From the NCBI RefSeq assembly GCF_015831355.1, contig NZ_JADWYR010000003.1, positions 340,422-404,421 of the forward strand: a stretch of DNA of 64,000 bases. Direction: 5' to 3'. The notes beneath the pieces are model-generated. The model was not told where the DNA came from. It saw only the letters and a program-made list of their open reading frames with translations, and did no database searches. Made by a program: the position numbers and the translations under genes. Positions 1-10,177 of the stretch are shown in pieces (positions within the stretch are counted from its first letter, which is position 1; every line of letters begins with the position of its first letter). This stretch comes from Panacibacter microcysteis (lineage in GTDB: Bacteria; Bacteroidota; Bacteroidia; Chitinophagales; Chitinophagaceae).

Positions 1-189
1 CATGCAGGCGGCAACTGGGGTACGCCATACAGGGGTTACAGGATCGTGGAAGTTTTAAAAACAGGTGCAATCGTTACTTACCAGATAAACCCGGTTCTAA
101 AAACTTCTGTTAACAACAACAGGATTGTATAGCTGTAACGTAAACAAAGAGACCGGCGCCGCAGGCGCCGGTCTCTTTGTTTTATAACT

Positions 190-1368
190 TTACACATAAC
201 TCAGCCACCATTGGTCATGCGTGGCCTTGTACCTGTTAAACCATTTACAGGGAAAATACAGCGCAGCAATTACACAAAACCAGATCAGGTATACAACTGG
301 TAAGCCGTAACCAAAATGCAGCGGCCTGAAGTTGAAGGGAATATTGGGATCAACAATATCTTTTGAAGTACAACCAGACCAGTAAAACAAAACTACCAGC
401 AGCGTATGAATAAGAAAGAAATGTAGCACGTAATAAAAGAAAGGAACTCTTCCATACACCATCAATATTTTAGCAAGCCTGTTCTGCGCGGTTTCAGTAA
501 GTGCCAGAACGATAAGCGCCGGCCCAAGTGTCATACACACGTACATGAGCGATGGCGGGTATTTTGTTGTATTCAGGAAAGATAAGAAAGTCAGCATGCC
601 GTCTTTTTGTACCGTCCATGGTGCCGGATCTCCATACATGTTTACCAGTCGCAGTAATATAAAGACCAATGTAACTGCTATGCCGGAAACAAAGATCAGG
701 TACCTTCTTCTTTTGGCTTCGTACTCCTGTTTATATATGGTTCCAAAAGCATAGCCGAGCAGCATGACACCTGTCCATGGCAGCGCTGTATAAAACATCA
801 GGATCGCCCTGCTACCACCTAACGGGATGAAGTTAAAACCGGATGCGATACTGGCTTTGAGGATAGCAGCGCCGGCGCCATCAGCTAACTTGATATAATC
901 AAAAATGTTGTGACCAAGCACCAGCAGCAGGCCTGTAATGGTTATAACAGTGATGGAAGTTCTTGTCAGTACCCCCAGGATAATCATACTAAAACCGATT
1001 GCCCATATAACCTGCAAAAATATTTTGTTATAAAAAGGATCGTATGAAAGGGCAAATGTTATAACCACTACTTCTACCAGTATAAGCCACAGGCCTCGTT
1101 TTATAAGAAATGCACTGAGTTCTTTTGTTGTTTTTCGCCGGCCTGCAATAAAGGCCGATATGCCGGAAAGAAATACAAATGTTGGTGCACAGAAATGGGT
1201 GATCCACCGCGTAAAGAAAAGAGCGGGAGTGGTTGTGGCAAGATTGGTTGGGGTATCATCCATACCATGAATATGGAAGAAATCTCTTACATGATCCAAT
1301 GCCATGATCAGCATTACAATACCTCTGAGAATATCAATTGAATGGATGCGTTGTTTTGTTGCCTGCAT
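190..1368 (-). CDS. DUF1624-like polytopic membrane protein (heparan-alpha-glucosaminide N-acetyltransferase-like), paralog 1
   Basis: 392-aa ORF, multiple predicted TM helices, N-terminal motif IDILRG...MALDHVRDFFH; about 60% identical to the adjacent ORF. Confidence 0.7.
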   Translation of the reverse strand: MQATKQRIHSIDILRGIVMLIMALDHVRDFFHIHGMDDTPTNLATTTPALFFTRWITHFCAPTFVFLSGISAFIAGRRKTTKELSAFLIKRGLWLILVEVVVITFALSYDPFYNKIFLQVIWAIGFSMIILGVLTRTSITVITITGLLLVLGHNIFDYIKLADGAGAAILKASIASGFNFIPLGGSRAILMFYTALPWTGVMLLGYAFGTIYKQEYEAKRRRYLIFVSGIAVTLVFILLRLVNMYGDPAPWTVQKDGMLTFLSFLNTTKYPPSLMYVCMTLGPALIVLALTETAQNRLAKILMVYGRVPFFYYVLHFFLIHTLLVVLFYWSGCTSKDIVDPNIPFNFRPLHFGYGLPVVYLIWFCVIAALYFPCKWFNRYKATHDQWWLSYV

Positions 1369-1454
1369 GAAAGGGTGTTGAAAAAGAAAGATAAAAATTA
1401 TTATTATTGATCATGATAAAATATCTGCGAAGGTCGCTGTTGATTAACGAAAAA

Positions 1455-1510
1455 GGCGTTGAAGTGAGTGACACAACGAAGCTCAATAGCACTACCGCAG
1501 CCGGCTGAAA
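1455..1510 (-). repeat. Interspersed repeat R01 (degenerate, B-type core)
   Basis: GTTGTGTCACTCACTTC on the minus strand at 1464-1477 plus arm-like flank; between tandem DUF1624 paralogs. Confidence 0.5.
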
Positions 1511-1515
1511 AAAAA

Positions 1516-2709
1516 TTATATATAGCTCAGCCACCACTGCCGGTGTGTTGCACGGTAGCGGTTAAACCACTTACATGGCCAGTACAGTACTACAACCACG
1601 ATGATCCATACAAGATAAACCACCCACAGATCGAAGCCGTACTTAACAGGCCTGAACAGGAACGGTAAGTTGGGATCAATGATTTCATGTACACCATGCC
1701 CGGAAGCAAAAAATGCAATTACACAAAAAAGATGGATCAGGTAAAAGTGCAACACATAATATAAAAATGGTACGCGGCCATAAGTGATAAGTATGGCTGA
1801 CACCCTGTTTTGCACATGCCCGATCAATGATAATACGATGAGTGCCGGCCCGATCGTCATGCACAGGTATAGTAGTGATGCGGGGTACTTCGTTGTGTTG
1901 ACAAATGAGAAAATTGTATAAAGTACCGATGTTTGCGCAGCCCACGGTTTGGGATCTCCATACCCGTTGATAAAACGTAATACAACAAACAATAATGTTG
2001 TTGCAATGCCAAGAGTCATTAATGCCTGTTTTCTTTTTCCTGCTGTTACCTGCGGCAGAAAATATTTACCTGCCGCATAGCCCAGCAGCATTACGCCTGT
2101 CCATGGCAGTATAGCATACACATCGAGAAAGCCTCTTTGCGCTGTGTAAGGAAAAAAAGCAAATGCACCTTTAAAAAGGATGGTGTAAACCACATATGCA
2201 GGCCCCTCCTGCGGAGGCTGTATGTAATCAATTATGTTATGGCCCGCTGTAATTATAAGACCGGTTATAAAAATCACCGGCAGTGATGTTCTTACCAGTA
2301 AACCAAGAATGATCATGCTGCAGCCAATTGCCCATATGACCTGCAAAATAAAAACGTTGTAAAGCGGGTTAAACGTCCAGCCAAGCGTAATTACAATCAA
2401 TTCCACAAACACCAGCCACAGGCCTCTTTTAATAAGGAAGATACTGTGCTCTTTGGTTGTTTTTTTCTGCCCTGCAAGAAATGCTGATGTGCCGGACAGG
2501 AAGAGAAACACGGGTGCGCAGAAATGTGTTATCCACCTGGTGAAGAACAACAACGGTGTGGTGGTGGCAAGATTGGTGGGGTCATCGTCAAATGCATGAA
2601 TATGGAAAAAATCTCTTACATGATCCAGCGCCATAATGATCATTACAGCACCACGCAGTATATCTATTGAGACGATCCTTTTGGCTGGCTGGTTGCCTGG
2701 GTTACTCAT
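1516..2709 (-). CDS. DUF1624-like polytopic membrane protein, paralog 2 (tandem duplicate)
   Basis: 397-aa ORF colinear with 190..1368 and sharing its motifs. Confidence 0.7.
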   Translation of the reverse strand: MSNPGNQPAKRIVSIDILRGAVMIIMALDHVRDFFHIHAFDDDPTNLATTTPLLFFTRWITHFCAPVFLFLSGTSAFLAGQKKTTKEHSIFLIKRGLWLVFVELIVITLGWTFNPLYNVFILQVIWAIGCSMIILGLLVRTSLPVIFITGLIITAGHNIIDYIQPPQEGPAYVVYTILFKGAFAFFPYTAQRGFLDVYAILPWTGVMLLGYAAGKYFLPQVTAGKRKQALMTLGIATTLLFVVLRFINGYGDPKPWAAQTSVLYTIFSFVNTTKYPASLLYLCMTIGPALIVLSLIGHVQNRVSAILITYGRVPFLYYVLHFYLIHLFCVIAFFASGHGVHEIIDPNLPFLFRPVKYGFDLWVVYLVWIIVVVVLYWPCKWFNRYRATHRQWWLSYI

Positions 2710-2825
2710 ACAAATCAGTTGGTCAGGTAAGGTATATATTTTTTTATTATTCCAACAGGCAAAATGTTAATATGCACCAAGCATGTGCTAATAAACAATG
2801 AGTTTGTAACTTTACAAATAGTAAT

Positions 2826-3926
2826 TTGGCGCTTACTAACGAATCACTATTTCTTCACTTCCAATTGTTTGTCATGGCGAATGTATTTGAGTTTTTATAC
2901 AATGAGGTGGTTTCCTTTTTTAGTATTGGTGGCGTTATAGAGATGGTAAAAAAAGGCGATTACAGCAAGCTGCATACGTTAGACGGTGTAATATCTGTAG
3001 TAGTACCTTTTGTGCCATTCCTGTTACTGATTGAAATTATCCGCGCTGCATTTTATAAGAAGTTTAAAGTAGATGATTACCGCGTGCCGTTTTTCATATT
3101 CATTGCAAACAGGCTTATCTCAAGAGTTATTTCGGTTGCTGCGGTGGCTTTCTGTATCGGCCTTTTTGAAAAGTTCGCCATTTTTAAAACATCGTTTACC
3201 TGGTACTGGTTTATCTATGGATATGTTGTTTGGGAGCTGGCGCATTTCGTATATCATTTCCTGGCACATAAGGTTAGAATATTGTGGTGCTTACACTCCA
3301 CGCACCATGCGCCGGAGCAGATGAATTTATCAGTAACCTATGCGCATTTTTTCCTGGAGGCACCGTACGCAGATTTTATAAGAACATCTATTTGCATTCT
3401 ACTGGGTGTAAATCCGCCATTGTTATTTTTTATCATGTTCATAGATGGCACATGGGGCGGTTTTATACATGTAGGGGAGAATATTATAAAAAACGGCAGG
3501 CTTGGTTTTCTTAACCGTTTTATTTTAACGCCGTCACATCACCGGGTGCACCATGCAAAAAATGTGCAATACATGGATACCAATTTTTGCAACCTTCTCA
3601 ATATTTGGGACAGGGCTTTTGGCACATACCAGGATGAAAAAAGAGAGTTGCCCATTCAGTACGGCATTACAAGAAAGATTAACCCGCGCAATTTCTGGGA
3701 TGTTTACTTTGGTGAAATTTATTATTTGTTCATCGACATGAAAAATGCACCCGGGCTGAAGAATAAACTTCTTTACATGATTATGCCGCCGGGCTGGAGC
3801 CACACAGGCGATCACAAAACCTCAAAAGTGGCCAAACAAAAACTGGCAGAAGACGAGGTGAAAGGAGAACATGAGACCATTTACGTATCCACAGGCAATG
3901 CCGAAAAAGAAGCAGCAGTTGTTTAA
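2826..3926 (+). CDS. Fatty acid hydroxylase / sterol desaturase family membrane protein
   Basis: Histidine boxes HFLAHK, HSTHH and HHRVHH; membrane helices; start codon uncertain. Confidence 0.6.
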   Translation: MALTNESLFLHFQLFVMANVFEFLYNEVVSFFSIGGVIEMVKKGDYSKLHTLDGVISVVVPFVPFLLLIEIIRAAFYKKFKVDDYRVPFFIFIANRLISRVISVAAVAFCIGLFEKFAIFKTSFTWYWFIYGYVVWELAHFVYHFLAHKVRILWCLHSTHHAPEQMNLSVTYAHFFLEAPYADFIRTSICILLGVNPPLLFFIMFIDGTWGGFIHVGENIIKNGRLGFLNRFILTPSHHRVHHAKNVQYMDTNFCNLLNIWDRAFGTYQDEKRELPIQYGITRKINPRNFWDVYFGEIYYLFIDMKNAPGLKNKLLYMIMPPGWSHTGDHKTSKVAKQKLAEDEVKGEHETIYVSTGNAEKEAAVV

Positions 3927-3952
3927 TACTAATGTTACGGGCATAGCCCTTC

Positions 3953-4016
3953 GTGGCATCGCCTGTTGTGTCACTCACTTGTACAATAGTATTTTATGGC
4001 GGCTGCAGCGATCACA
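3953..4016 (+). repeat. Interspersed repeat R02 (B-type core)
   Basis: GGCATCGCCTG + TTGTGTCACTCACTTGTAC (3966-3984) + TTTTATGGCGGCTGCAGCG; 27 bp after stop of 2826..3926. Confidence 0.8.
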
Positions 4017-4207
4017 GGCAGATAGCGCTGCGGCTGTGCCACACCGGGAGCATGTAACCTGTGGTTGCAAACAGCAATGGTTAATACCGTGAACACAGGC
4101 AGTGCTTCACATACAAAATTCAACGCATATATTTCGCCACAAACGTCTCAATGGTAAAGCAGCACGCATAAAATTGTCATAAGCTGTTTAGCTTTTATCT
4201 TTATTGC

Positions 4208-4999
4208 ATGTTCCGGATTAAAGACCAGTTACAGCGCATTGTTACTTTAGTGCATCATCCACCACGCAGTATTGTCTCACTCGTTCCTTCGCAAACAGAG
4301 CTGTTATTCGATCTTGGCCTTGATAAAGAAGTGGCAGGTATTACAAAATTTTGCGTGCATCCCGAACAGTGGTTCAGGCAAAAGCAACGGGTAGGTGGTA
4401 CAAAAAATGTGGACATTGCAAAAGTAAAAGCCCTTCAACCGGACCTTATTATTGCAAACAAAGAAGAGAATGTGAAAGAACAGGTAGAGGCGCTCTCGGC
4501 TTTTGCACCGGTATGGATCAGTGATGTAAACACACTCGTCGATGCACTGGCTATGATCAATACTATCGGTGCCATTACGGCACGGGAAACACGGGCAGCA
4601 GAGATCACCACACGCATTAGTCAATTTTTTAAACAGCCAGTTGGTAACGATCGTAAGATTCGTGTATGTTACCTCATTTGGAAAGACCCCTACATGACTG
4701 TTGGTGGAGATACGTTTATCAGTGATATGCTGGCATATTGTGGTTTCGAAAATGTTTGCGTTGCAAAAAATCGCTACCCTGTTATTACTGTGGCAGAGAT
4801 AAAGGATTTAAACCCTGCAGTGGTTTTACTCTCATCTGAACCCTTCCCGTTCAAAGAAAAACATATTGATGAACTAAAACATGTATTGCCTGGTGTAAAG
4901 GTTATGCTGGCAGATGGTGAAATGTTTAGCTGGTATGGCAGCAGGCTTTTGTATGCTGCTGATTACTTCAGGAAGTTGCGGACAGTGCTTAGTGACTGA
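4208..4999 (+). CDS. Periplasmic binding protein, BtuF/TroA-like (helical backbone metal receptor)
   Basis: 263-aa ORF; composition typical of cobalamin/iron-siderophore ABC substrate-binding proteins. Confidence 0.55.
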   Translation: MFRIKDQLQRIVTLVHHPPRSIVSLVPSQTELLFDLGLDKEVAGITKFCVHPEQWFRQKQRVGGTKNVDIAKVKALQPDLIIANKEENVKEQVEALSAFAPVWISDVNTLVDALAMINTIGAITARETRAAEITTRISQFFKQPVGNDRKIRVCYLIWKDPYMTVGGDTFISDMLAYCGFENVCVAKNRYPVITVAEIKDLNPAVVLLSSEPFPFKEKHIDELKHVLPGVKVMLADGEMFSWYGSRLLYAADYFRKLRTVLSD

Positions 5000-5006
5000 T
5001 ACCGGG

Positions 5007-5084
5007 GGCTGCAGTCGCGTTAACATTCCGGCGTACAAGAGTGCGACGCAACGATGCTGATGAGCGGTCAAATGCCTGGCTCAT
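5007..5084 (-). repeat. Interspersed repeat R03 (A-type core, reverse)
   Basis: GTACAAGAGTGCGACGCAA at 5033-5051 with ATGAGCCAGGC-type arm on minus strand. Confidence 0.8.
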
Positions 5085-5183
5085 ATTTTTCTTTACAAAT
5101 TTTAGCAATTTAATAAAGCACATCATTAAGCTATACCGTTTTTTATCAGTCACTTTACTACACATTTAAACAAAAGACAGGTT

Positions 5184-5558
5184 ATGAAAAAAATATGCTC
5201 AGTAGTACTCGTTGTGGCTTTATCGTTTTTTGCTTTGAGCGCATCTGCGCAAGGCGGCGGCCAGAAAGGCCAGATGAAAGAGGCCATGAGACAGCGGTTG
5301 AAAGATTCGCTCAATCTTTCTGACGTAATGATAGATTCGGTAGTGGCGATAAGACAGGAAATGCAGCCTAAAATGAGGGCTGTTATGACCGATCAATCCC
5401 TGCAGGAAGGCGATAAGCGCACCAGGATGGAGGCTATGAAAAAGGAAATGTACGAGCGTTTAAAAAATGCCGGGCTAACAGCCGAACAGGTGAAGAAAAT
5501 GAAGGAAATGGATGAGCGAATGAGAGAACAAATGAAAGAGCGCAAGCCTGCAAACTAA
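5184..5558 (+). CDS. Small secreted Lys/Glu/Met-rich hypothetical protein
   Basis: Signal peptide MKKICSVVLVVALSFFALSASA, low-complexity mature part, followed by a terminator. Confidence 0.5.
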   Translation: MKKICSVVLVVALSFFALSASAQGGGQKGQMKEAMRQRLKDSLNLSDVMIDSVVAIRQEMQPKMRAVMTDQSLQEGDKRTRMEAMKKEMYERLKNAGLTAEQVKKMKEMDERMREQMKERKPAN

Positions 5559-5562
5559 AAAA

Positions 5563-5592
5563 AAGAAAACCGTCTTTTACGACGGTTTTTTT
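5563..5592. terminator. Bidirectional rho-independent terminator
   Basis: AAAACCGTC-TTTTA-CGACGGTTTTTTT hairpin with A/T tracts on both sides, between convergent ORF and tRNA. Confidence 0.7.
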
Positions 5593-5596
5593 GTGA

Positions 5597-5668
5597 GCGG
5601 AAGACGGGACTCGAACCCGCTGCCTACAGCTTGGGAAGCTGTCGCTCTACCAGGTGAGCTACTTCCGC
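5597..5668 (-). tRNA. tRNA-Gly (anticodon CCC)
   Basis: Hand-folded cloverleaf: acceptor GCGGAAG/CTTCCGC, D-arm GCTC..GAGC, anticodon loop TTCCCAA, T-loop TTCGAGT. Confidence 0.8.
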
Positions 5669-5682
5669 GGTAGTATGCTAAT

Positions 5683-5994
5683 TTAATCAATAAGTTCTTC
5701 ATATGCGCTTCTCAGTTCGTTGTATGCGTGATTATCTTTCGCCGTTCTTGCAGCAGTCATGCCTTTCTCATACCATGCAACAGCGTTTTCTTTTTCGCCC
5801 AGTTCTTCGAGCAGTTTTCCCAACTGGTAATAAGAGCCAACGTAAGACGGATCTTTTGTAAGAATATCTTCAAAAAGCTTTCTCGCCATGGCATCGTCAT
5901 TCATTTTCCTGAACTCCAGTGCAAGTGCGTGTTTCAGAAAATTATCATCAGGAGATTTCTCCAGGTAAGCCTGTAATTTTTCTATACGGTTCAT
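5683..5994 (-). CDS. Tetratricopeptide-repeat protein
   Basis: 103-aa ORF with TPR-like helical repeats (YYQLGKLLEELGEKENAVAWYEKG). Confidence 0.55.
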   Translation of the reverse strand: MNRIEKLQAYLEKSPDDNFLKHALALEFRKMNDDAMARKLFEDILTKDPSYVGSYYQLGKLLEELGEKENAVAWYEKGMTAARTAKDNHAYNELRSAYEELID

Positions 5995-6010
5995 ACATCA
6001 AAAATACTGT

Positions 6011-6049
6011 AAAAAAGAAGCGCCGTATGTATGAGCGGCGCTTCTTTAA
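6011..6049. terminator. Rho-independent terminator (serves sulfatase gene on minus strand)
   Basis: AAGAAGCGCCG...CGGCGCTTCTT hairpin; T-tract on minus strand. Confidence 0.65.
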
Positions 6050-6069
6050 GGAATAATATTCTGGCAGTA

Positions 6070-8274
6070 TTAATGCTGTATAATAAATTTCATCCGGCTG
6101 TGATTGACATCTTCTGTTATGTAGAGATAGTAAACACCCGAGGTAAGTGACAACAGATCGAGACTAAAGGTGTTTGCACCTTTGCTGCTGCTGCGTTTTT
6201 GGGTGAACAATGTTTTGCCTGCCAGGTCTGTCACCTGCAGGTTAATGTCCCGGTTGGTCAGGGCTGTATATTGTACATTGATCACACCTTTGGATGGATT
6301 TGGGTACAACGTGTGAGCCATGGGTTGTACAGTTGTTGTTACTGCGTTACTGCCAACAGCCGACAATGCTGTTGCAGGACAGGAATTGGTAACCTTTGTA
6401 ACGCCGGAAGTGCTGCTGCACCCAGCTTTGGTATTGGTTGCAACCACCCGGTAATTCCCCACCAGTTTTGCTGTAAACGAGATGCCCGTTGCACCGGCAA
6501 TATCTACATTGCCCCTGCTCCATTGATAAGCAGAGTTTGGCAACGGGTTACTAACGGTAAGTAAAACAGAATCTGTGATACAAATATCAAGGCTGCCGGT
6601 AGGTGCTATTTTTGGTAAAACCTTTCCTTCATCAATTATCTCGTTACAGTTATCATCTAAGCCATTGCAGGTCTTTTCTGCAGCGCCCGGGTTTACAGAA
6701 GCTTTTGTATCGTTACAGTCGCCCGGTGTTGACACATACCCTTTGTGGGCAAAATATGCAATAATGGTGTCTGCTCTTGTGCCGTATGTATCGCCATCTG
6801 CATCCCTGTAAAATGTTTTTGTCTTATACTTTGGTGGTTTTGCCCCCTGCCAGTTATTCACTAATAAATTACGCATGGTATCCAACACACCTGCATATTG
6901 GGGGTTGGTAACAAGATTGGTAAATTCATCAGGGTCATTAATGATGTCGTAGAGTTCTTCTCCATCTACACCCCATGAGTTATAATGGTATTGAGTTGTT
7001 CTTACCGCATCGGAAAGTGTAGTGTCGCTGCTGCCTTGCCTGTCAACCCTTCTTACCTGTGCAAAGGCTGCGGCTTTCCAGCGCACATTTTGCCTGTCAA
7101 GCAACGGTACCAGGCTCGAACCTTCCTGGTCTGCAGGTATGGGCAGGCTGCAAAGTTCTGCGAGAGTCGCGTATAGGTCAACCAATTCGACCGGGCTGTT
7201 GTGAATGCCTGCAGGCTTACCCGGCGCGCATACCACGAGCGGAACTCTTAACGCTCCTTCAAACAGTGTTTGTTTAAACCAAAGGCCGTTGTGCTCGCCT
7301 GTTTGTATGCCATGATCACTTGTAAATACTACCACGGTATTCTTCCACGCATCTTCGGTGTCCAGTTCGTCCATTACCTTACCGATCAAATCATCCACCT
7401 GTGTTATTTCGGCGTAGTATGCATGCCTTATGTTGCGCCACTCATCCGGGGGATATTGTTCCAGGCTTTTCAGCGCCGGTAGCGGTATGTCGTCTGCGTC
7501 GTTTACCGGGGTATTGGGCAGCGTAATGTTGCCAGACCCGTTTCCGTATACGTTTGTTTTAGTGCCTGCAAGGTCTACAGGCAATAATTGCTGTGTTGCA
7601 GCATCGCCAATTTTGTTCCATGCAGACAGAATGGGATCAAATTCATTGTGCGCTTCCAGGCCCAGTGCGTAGAAATAGGGTTTGCCTGTTCCGGGTTGCT
7701 GCATATGCCTGATCATAGCTGTTGTAAATACGCCGCTCCTCGTGTCTTCCACTATTTTGCGGGATGTATCTACCCACCATTTGGGCGAGCCGCCAATACC
7801 GGAAATGCCATCTCCCGAAACGCTGTCGTAGTAATAGTTCCAGGCTATTTCTTCTTCGTGCCCACAGGTCATTTTCCCAAATTTGGCAGTATAATAGCCA
7901 AGGCTTTGAAAGTACTCCGGTAAAAATTTATAATCGGCGCCCAGTTTTACACGAATACTGGTGCCATTGTTTAGTACGCCGGTAGAGTTTGGTCTTTTGC
8001 CGCTAAGGAGTGTTGCCCGGCTTGGGCTGCACAGCGCGTATTGGCAATACACCTGTTTAAACATTGTGCCGTGTTCCATGAGCCGGTAGAAATTAGGTGT
8101 AGGCACGTCGCTGTTGCCGTATGCCTCAAATACGGCCCCAAGATCATCTACTACGATAAAAATAACATTGGGCTTTTGTTGTGCACGCAGCAAAGATGAG
8201 AAAAGCAGAAGCGACAGTACAAATGTTAGTTGGGTAAGTGTTTTGGTCATAATACAATTATTTGGTGTGTCCAC
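6070..8274 (-). CDS. Sulfatase (formylglycine-dependent) with T9SS C-terminal sorting domain
   Basis: Signal peptide; DDLG...CSPSRATLLSG sulfatase signature; C-terminal beta-rich domain ending ...KFIIQH typical of Por/T9SS CTD. Confidence 0.8.
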   Translation of the reverse strand: MDTPNNCIMTKTLTQLTFVLSLLLFSSLLRAQQKPNVIFIVVDDLGAVFEAYGNSDVPTPNFYRLMEHGTMFKQVYCQYALCSPSRATLLSGKRPNSTGVLNNGTSIRVKLGADYKFLPEYFQSLGYYTAKFGKMTCGHEEEIAWNYYYDSVSGDGISGIGGSPKWWVDTSRKIVEDTRSGVFTTAMIRHMQQPGTGKPYFYALGLEAHNEFDPILSAWNKIGDAATQQLLPVDLAGTKTNVYGNGSGNITLPNTPVNDADDIPLPALKSLEQYPPDEWRNIRHAYYAEITQVDDLIGKVMDELDTEDAWKNTVVVFTSDHGIQTGEHNGLWFKQTLFEGALRVPLVVCAPGKPAGIHNSPVELVDLYATLAELCSLPIPADQEGSSLVPLLDRQNVRWKAAAFAQVRRVDRQGSSDTTLSDAVRTTQYHYNSWGVDGEELYDIINDPDEFTNLVTNPQYAGVLDTMRNLLVNNWQGAKPPKYKTKTFYRDADGDTYGTRADTIIAYFAHKGYVSTPGDCNDTKASVNPGAAEKTCNGLDDNCNEIIDEGKVLPKIAPTGSLDICITDSVLLTVSNPLPNSAYQWSRGNVDIAGATGISFTAKLVGNYRVVATNTKAGCSSTSGVTKVTNSCPATALSAVGSNAVTTTVQPMAHTLYPNPSKGVINVQYTALTNRDINLQVTDLAGKTLFTQKRSSSKGANTFSLDLLSLTSGVYYLYITEDVNHSRMKFIIQH

Positions 8275-8717
8275 ATGCGTGGTAAATAAGATGCAGTCAT
8301 CATAGGTATAGAAAGATGGAGGTATTGAACAGTTGGTTGCTTAAACAGAGAAACTCTTAACAGGAAAACTTTTGTTCAGGAAAAATTGTGCCATTCATGT
8401 GCGTATCAGCCTGCAGTCAACATGTACGGGTAAGGAACAGTAAAATCTTTCTTTCGGGTATCGTTGTTTTGCAGGCTTTACGATTGTTACATAGGCAAGA
8501 TATAAATTCCCGTTGTAAATTAAAAACCGGGCACAAGGTTATTTGAAGCAGACATAGCATAGATCACGTTTAACCGGGTTGTAAAAAAATATTGAGTAAT
8601 GTTTGCAGGCAGCATAAAACTGTTTTTGCAACGTAAACCAAATAACAGATTTGATCGTTTTTTCACGGCTTGTAACTTGTTTCATTTACTCCTATCTTCG
8701 CAACCAAATTTTACAGT

Positions 8718-9929
8718 ATGAACCTACATGAATACCAGGCAAAAGAACTGCTGAAAAAATACAATGTGCCCGTACAGGAAGGCATTGCGGTGGATAATGT
8801 AATGAGCGCCGAAGAAGCGTATCGCCAGATTAAAACACAAACAGGAAACAATTTTGCCGTGGTTAAAGCCCAGATTCATGCGGGTGGCCGTGGTAAAGGT
8901 AAAATAGAGGGCACTGAACAGCGCGGTGTAGCCGTGGCAAAGAGCCTTGAAGATATCAGCAGCATTGCCAAAAATATTTTAGGTCATACATTGGTAACCA
9001 TTCAAACAGGTGCTGCGGGTAAAAAGGTAAACAAGATACTGGTAGCACAGGATGTGTATTATCCCGGTCCAAACCCTGTAAAAGAATTTTACCTGTCTAT
9101 CCTTCTCGATCGTGCAAAAGGACAAAATGTAATTATGTACAGTACAGAAGGCGGAATGGATATTGAAGAAGTTGCGCACAGCACACCTGAGAAAATTTAT
9201 AAAGAATGGGTACACCCGGGTGGTGGCCTGCAGGGTTTCCAGGCAAGAAAGATTGCCTTCAACCTCGGTCTTAGCGGCGAGGCTTTTAAAAACTGTGTAA
9301 AGTTTGTAACCAACCTGTACAACGCGTATGTGGGGCTCGATTGCTCCATGCTTGAGATTAACCCGCTTTTCAAAACAAGTGATGAGAAGATAATTGCGGT
9401 TGACTGTAAAATGAATCTTGATGAGAATGCATTGATGCGTCACCCGGATCTTGCAGCAATGAGAGATATTACAGAAGAAGACCCTACAGAAGTAGAAGCA
9501 GGTCAGTTTAACCTCAACTTTGTAAAACTTGATGGTAATGTTGGCTGTATGGTAAACGGCGCAGGCCTGGCCATGGCTACGATGGATATGATCAAACTGA
9601 GTGGCGGAGAGCCTGCCAACTTTCTTGATGTAGGCGGTACCGCAAATGCGCAAACGGTAGAAGCCGGTTTCCGCATAATCATGAAAGACCCAAATGTAAA
9701 AGCCATCCTCATCAACATTTTTGGCGGTATTGTGCGTTGCGACAGGGTTGCGGCCGGTGTTATTGAAGCATATAACAAACTGGGCAATATCAACATTCCT
9801 ATCATTGTTCGTTTACAGGGCACCAATGCAGCAGAAGCAAAGAAGCTTATAGATGAAAGTGGTCTTAAAGTACAGAGTGCAATTCAGTTAAGCGAAGCTG
9901 CTGACCTCGTTAAAAATGCAGTTGCTTAG
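8718..9929 (+). CDS. sucC: Succinyl-CoA synthetase (ADP-forming) beta subunit
   Basis: MNLHEYQAKELLKKY... ATP-grasp N-terminus and CoA-ligase C-terminus, highly conserved. Confidence 0.9.
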   Translation: MNLHEYQAKELLKKYNVPVQEGIAVDNVMSAEEAYRQIKTQTGNNFAVVKAQIHAGGRGKGKIEGTEQRGVAVAKSLEDISSIAKNILGHTLVTIQTGAAGKKVNKILVAQDVYYPGPNPVKEFYLSILLDRAKGQNVIMYSTEGGMDIEEVAHSTPEKIYKEWVHPGGGLQGFQARKIAFNLGLSGEAFKNCVKFVTNLYNAYVGLDCSMLEINPLFKTSDEKIIAVDCKMNLDENALMRHPDLAAMRDITEEDPTEVEAGQFNLNFVKLDGNVGCMVNGAGLAMATMDMIKLSGGEPANFLDVGGTANAQTVEAGFRIIMKDPNVKAILINIFGGIVRCDRVAAGVIEAYNKLGNINIPIIVRLQGTNAAEAKKLIDESGLKVQSAIQLSEAADLVKNAVA

Positions 9930-9949
9930 TTAATCATATTTTTTTATCG

Positions 9950-9983
9950 AAACTCCTGCAATTTTTGCGGGAGTTTTTTTTAT
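9950..9983 (+). terminator. Rho-independent terminator of sucC
   Basis: ACTCCTGCAATTTTTGCGGGAGT hairpin followed by TTTTTTTTAT; the repeat element starts immediately after. Confidence 0.7.
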
Positions 9984-10068
9984 GTACCCGGCAGCAGTGC
10001 TGCTATTAAACTTTGGTTGCGTCGCACGCTTGTACTGCATATCATTATGCAGCAAGGTGCTACCGGCG
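9984..10068 (+). repeat. Interspersed repeat R04 (A-type core), full length
   Basis: GTACCCGGCAGCAG...TTGCGTCGCACGCTTGTAC (10017-10035)...TATGCAGCAAGG; starts at sucC terminator T-tract. Confidence 0.85.
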
Positions 10069-10177
10069 TAAGCTTTTTACAACCATTTTATTTGCGGTGT
10101 TGCAAAACTTAATAAAGAAGAGTGATCATAAGGAAGTGGGAGGAAAGCGCAACGAAAAGATGCCATAAAAACCATCA

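Noticed and set aside
4000-4207. Possible cobalamin riboswitch upstream of the BtuF-like binding-protein gene
   Set aside because: No recognisable B12-box (GCCACTG-like) or conserved riboswitch helices were seen by eye. Part of the region is the 3' arm of repeat R02.
5184-5558. Lys/Glu/Met-rich 124-aa protein as a possible regulatory or stress protein
   Set aside because: Only a signal peptide and low-complexity sequence are visible. Nothing more specific can be supported.
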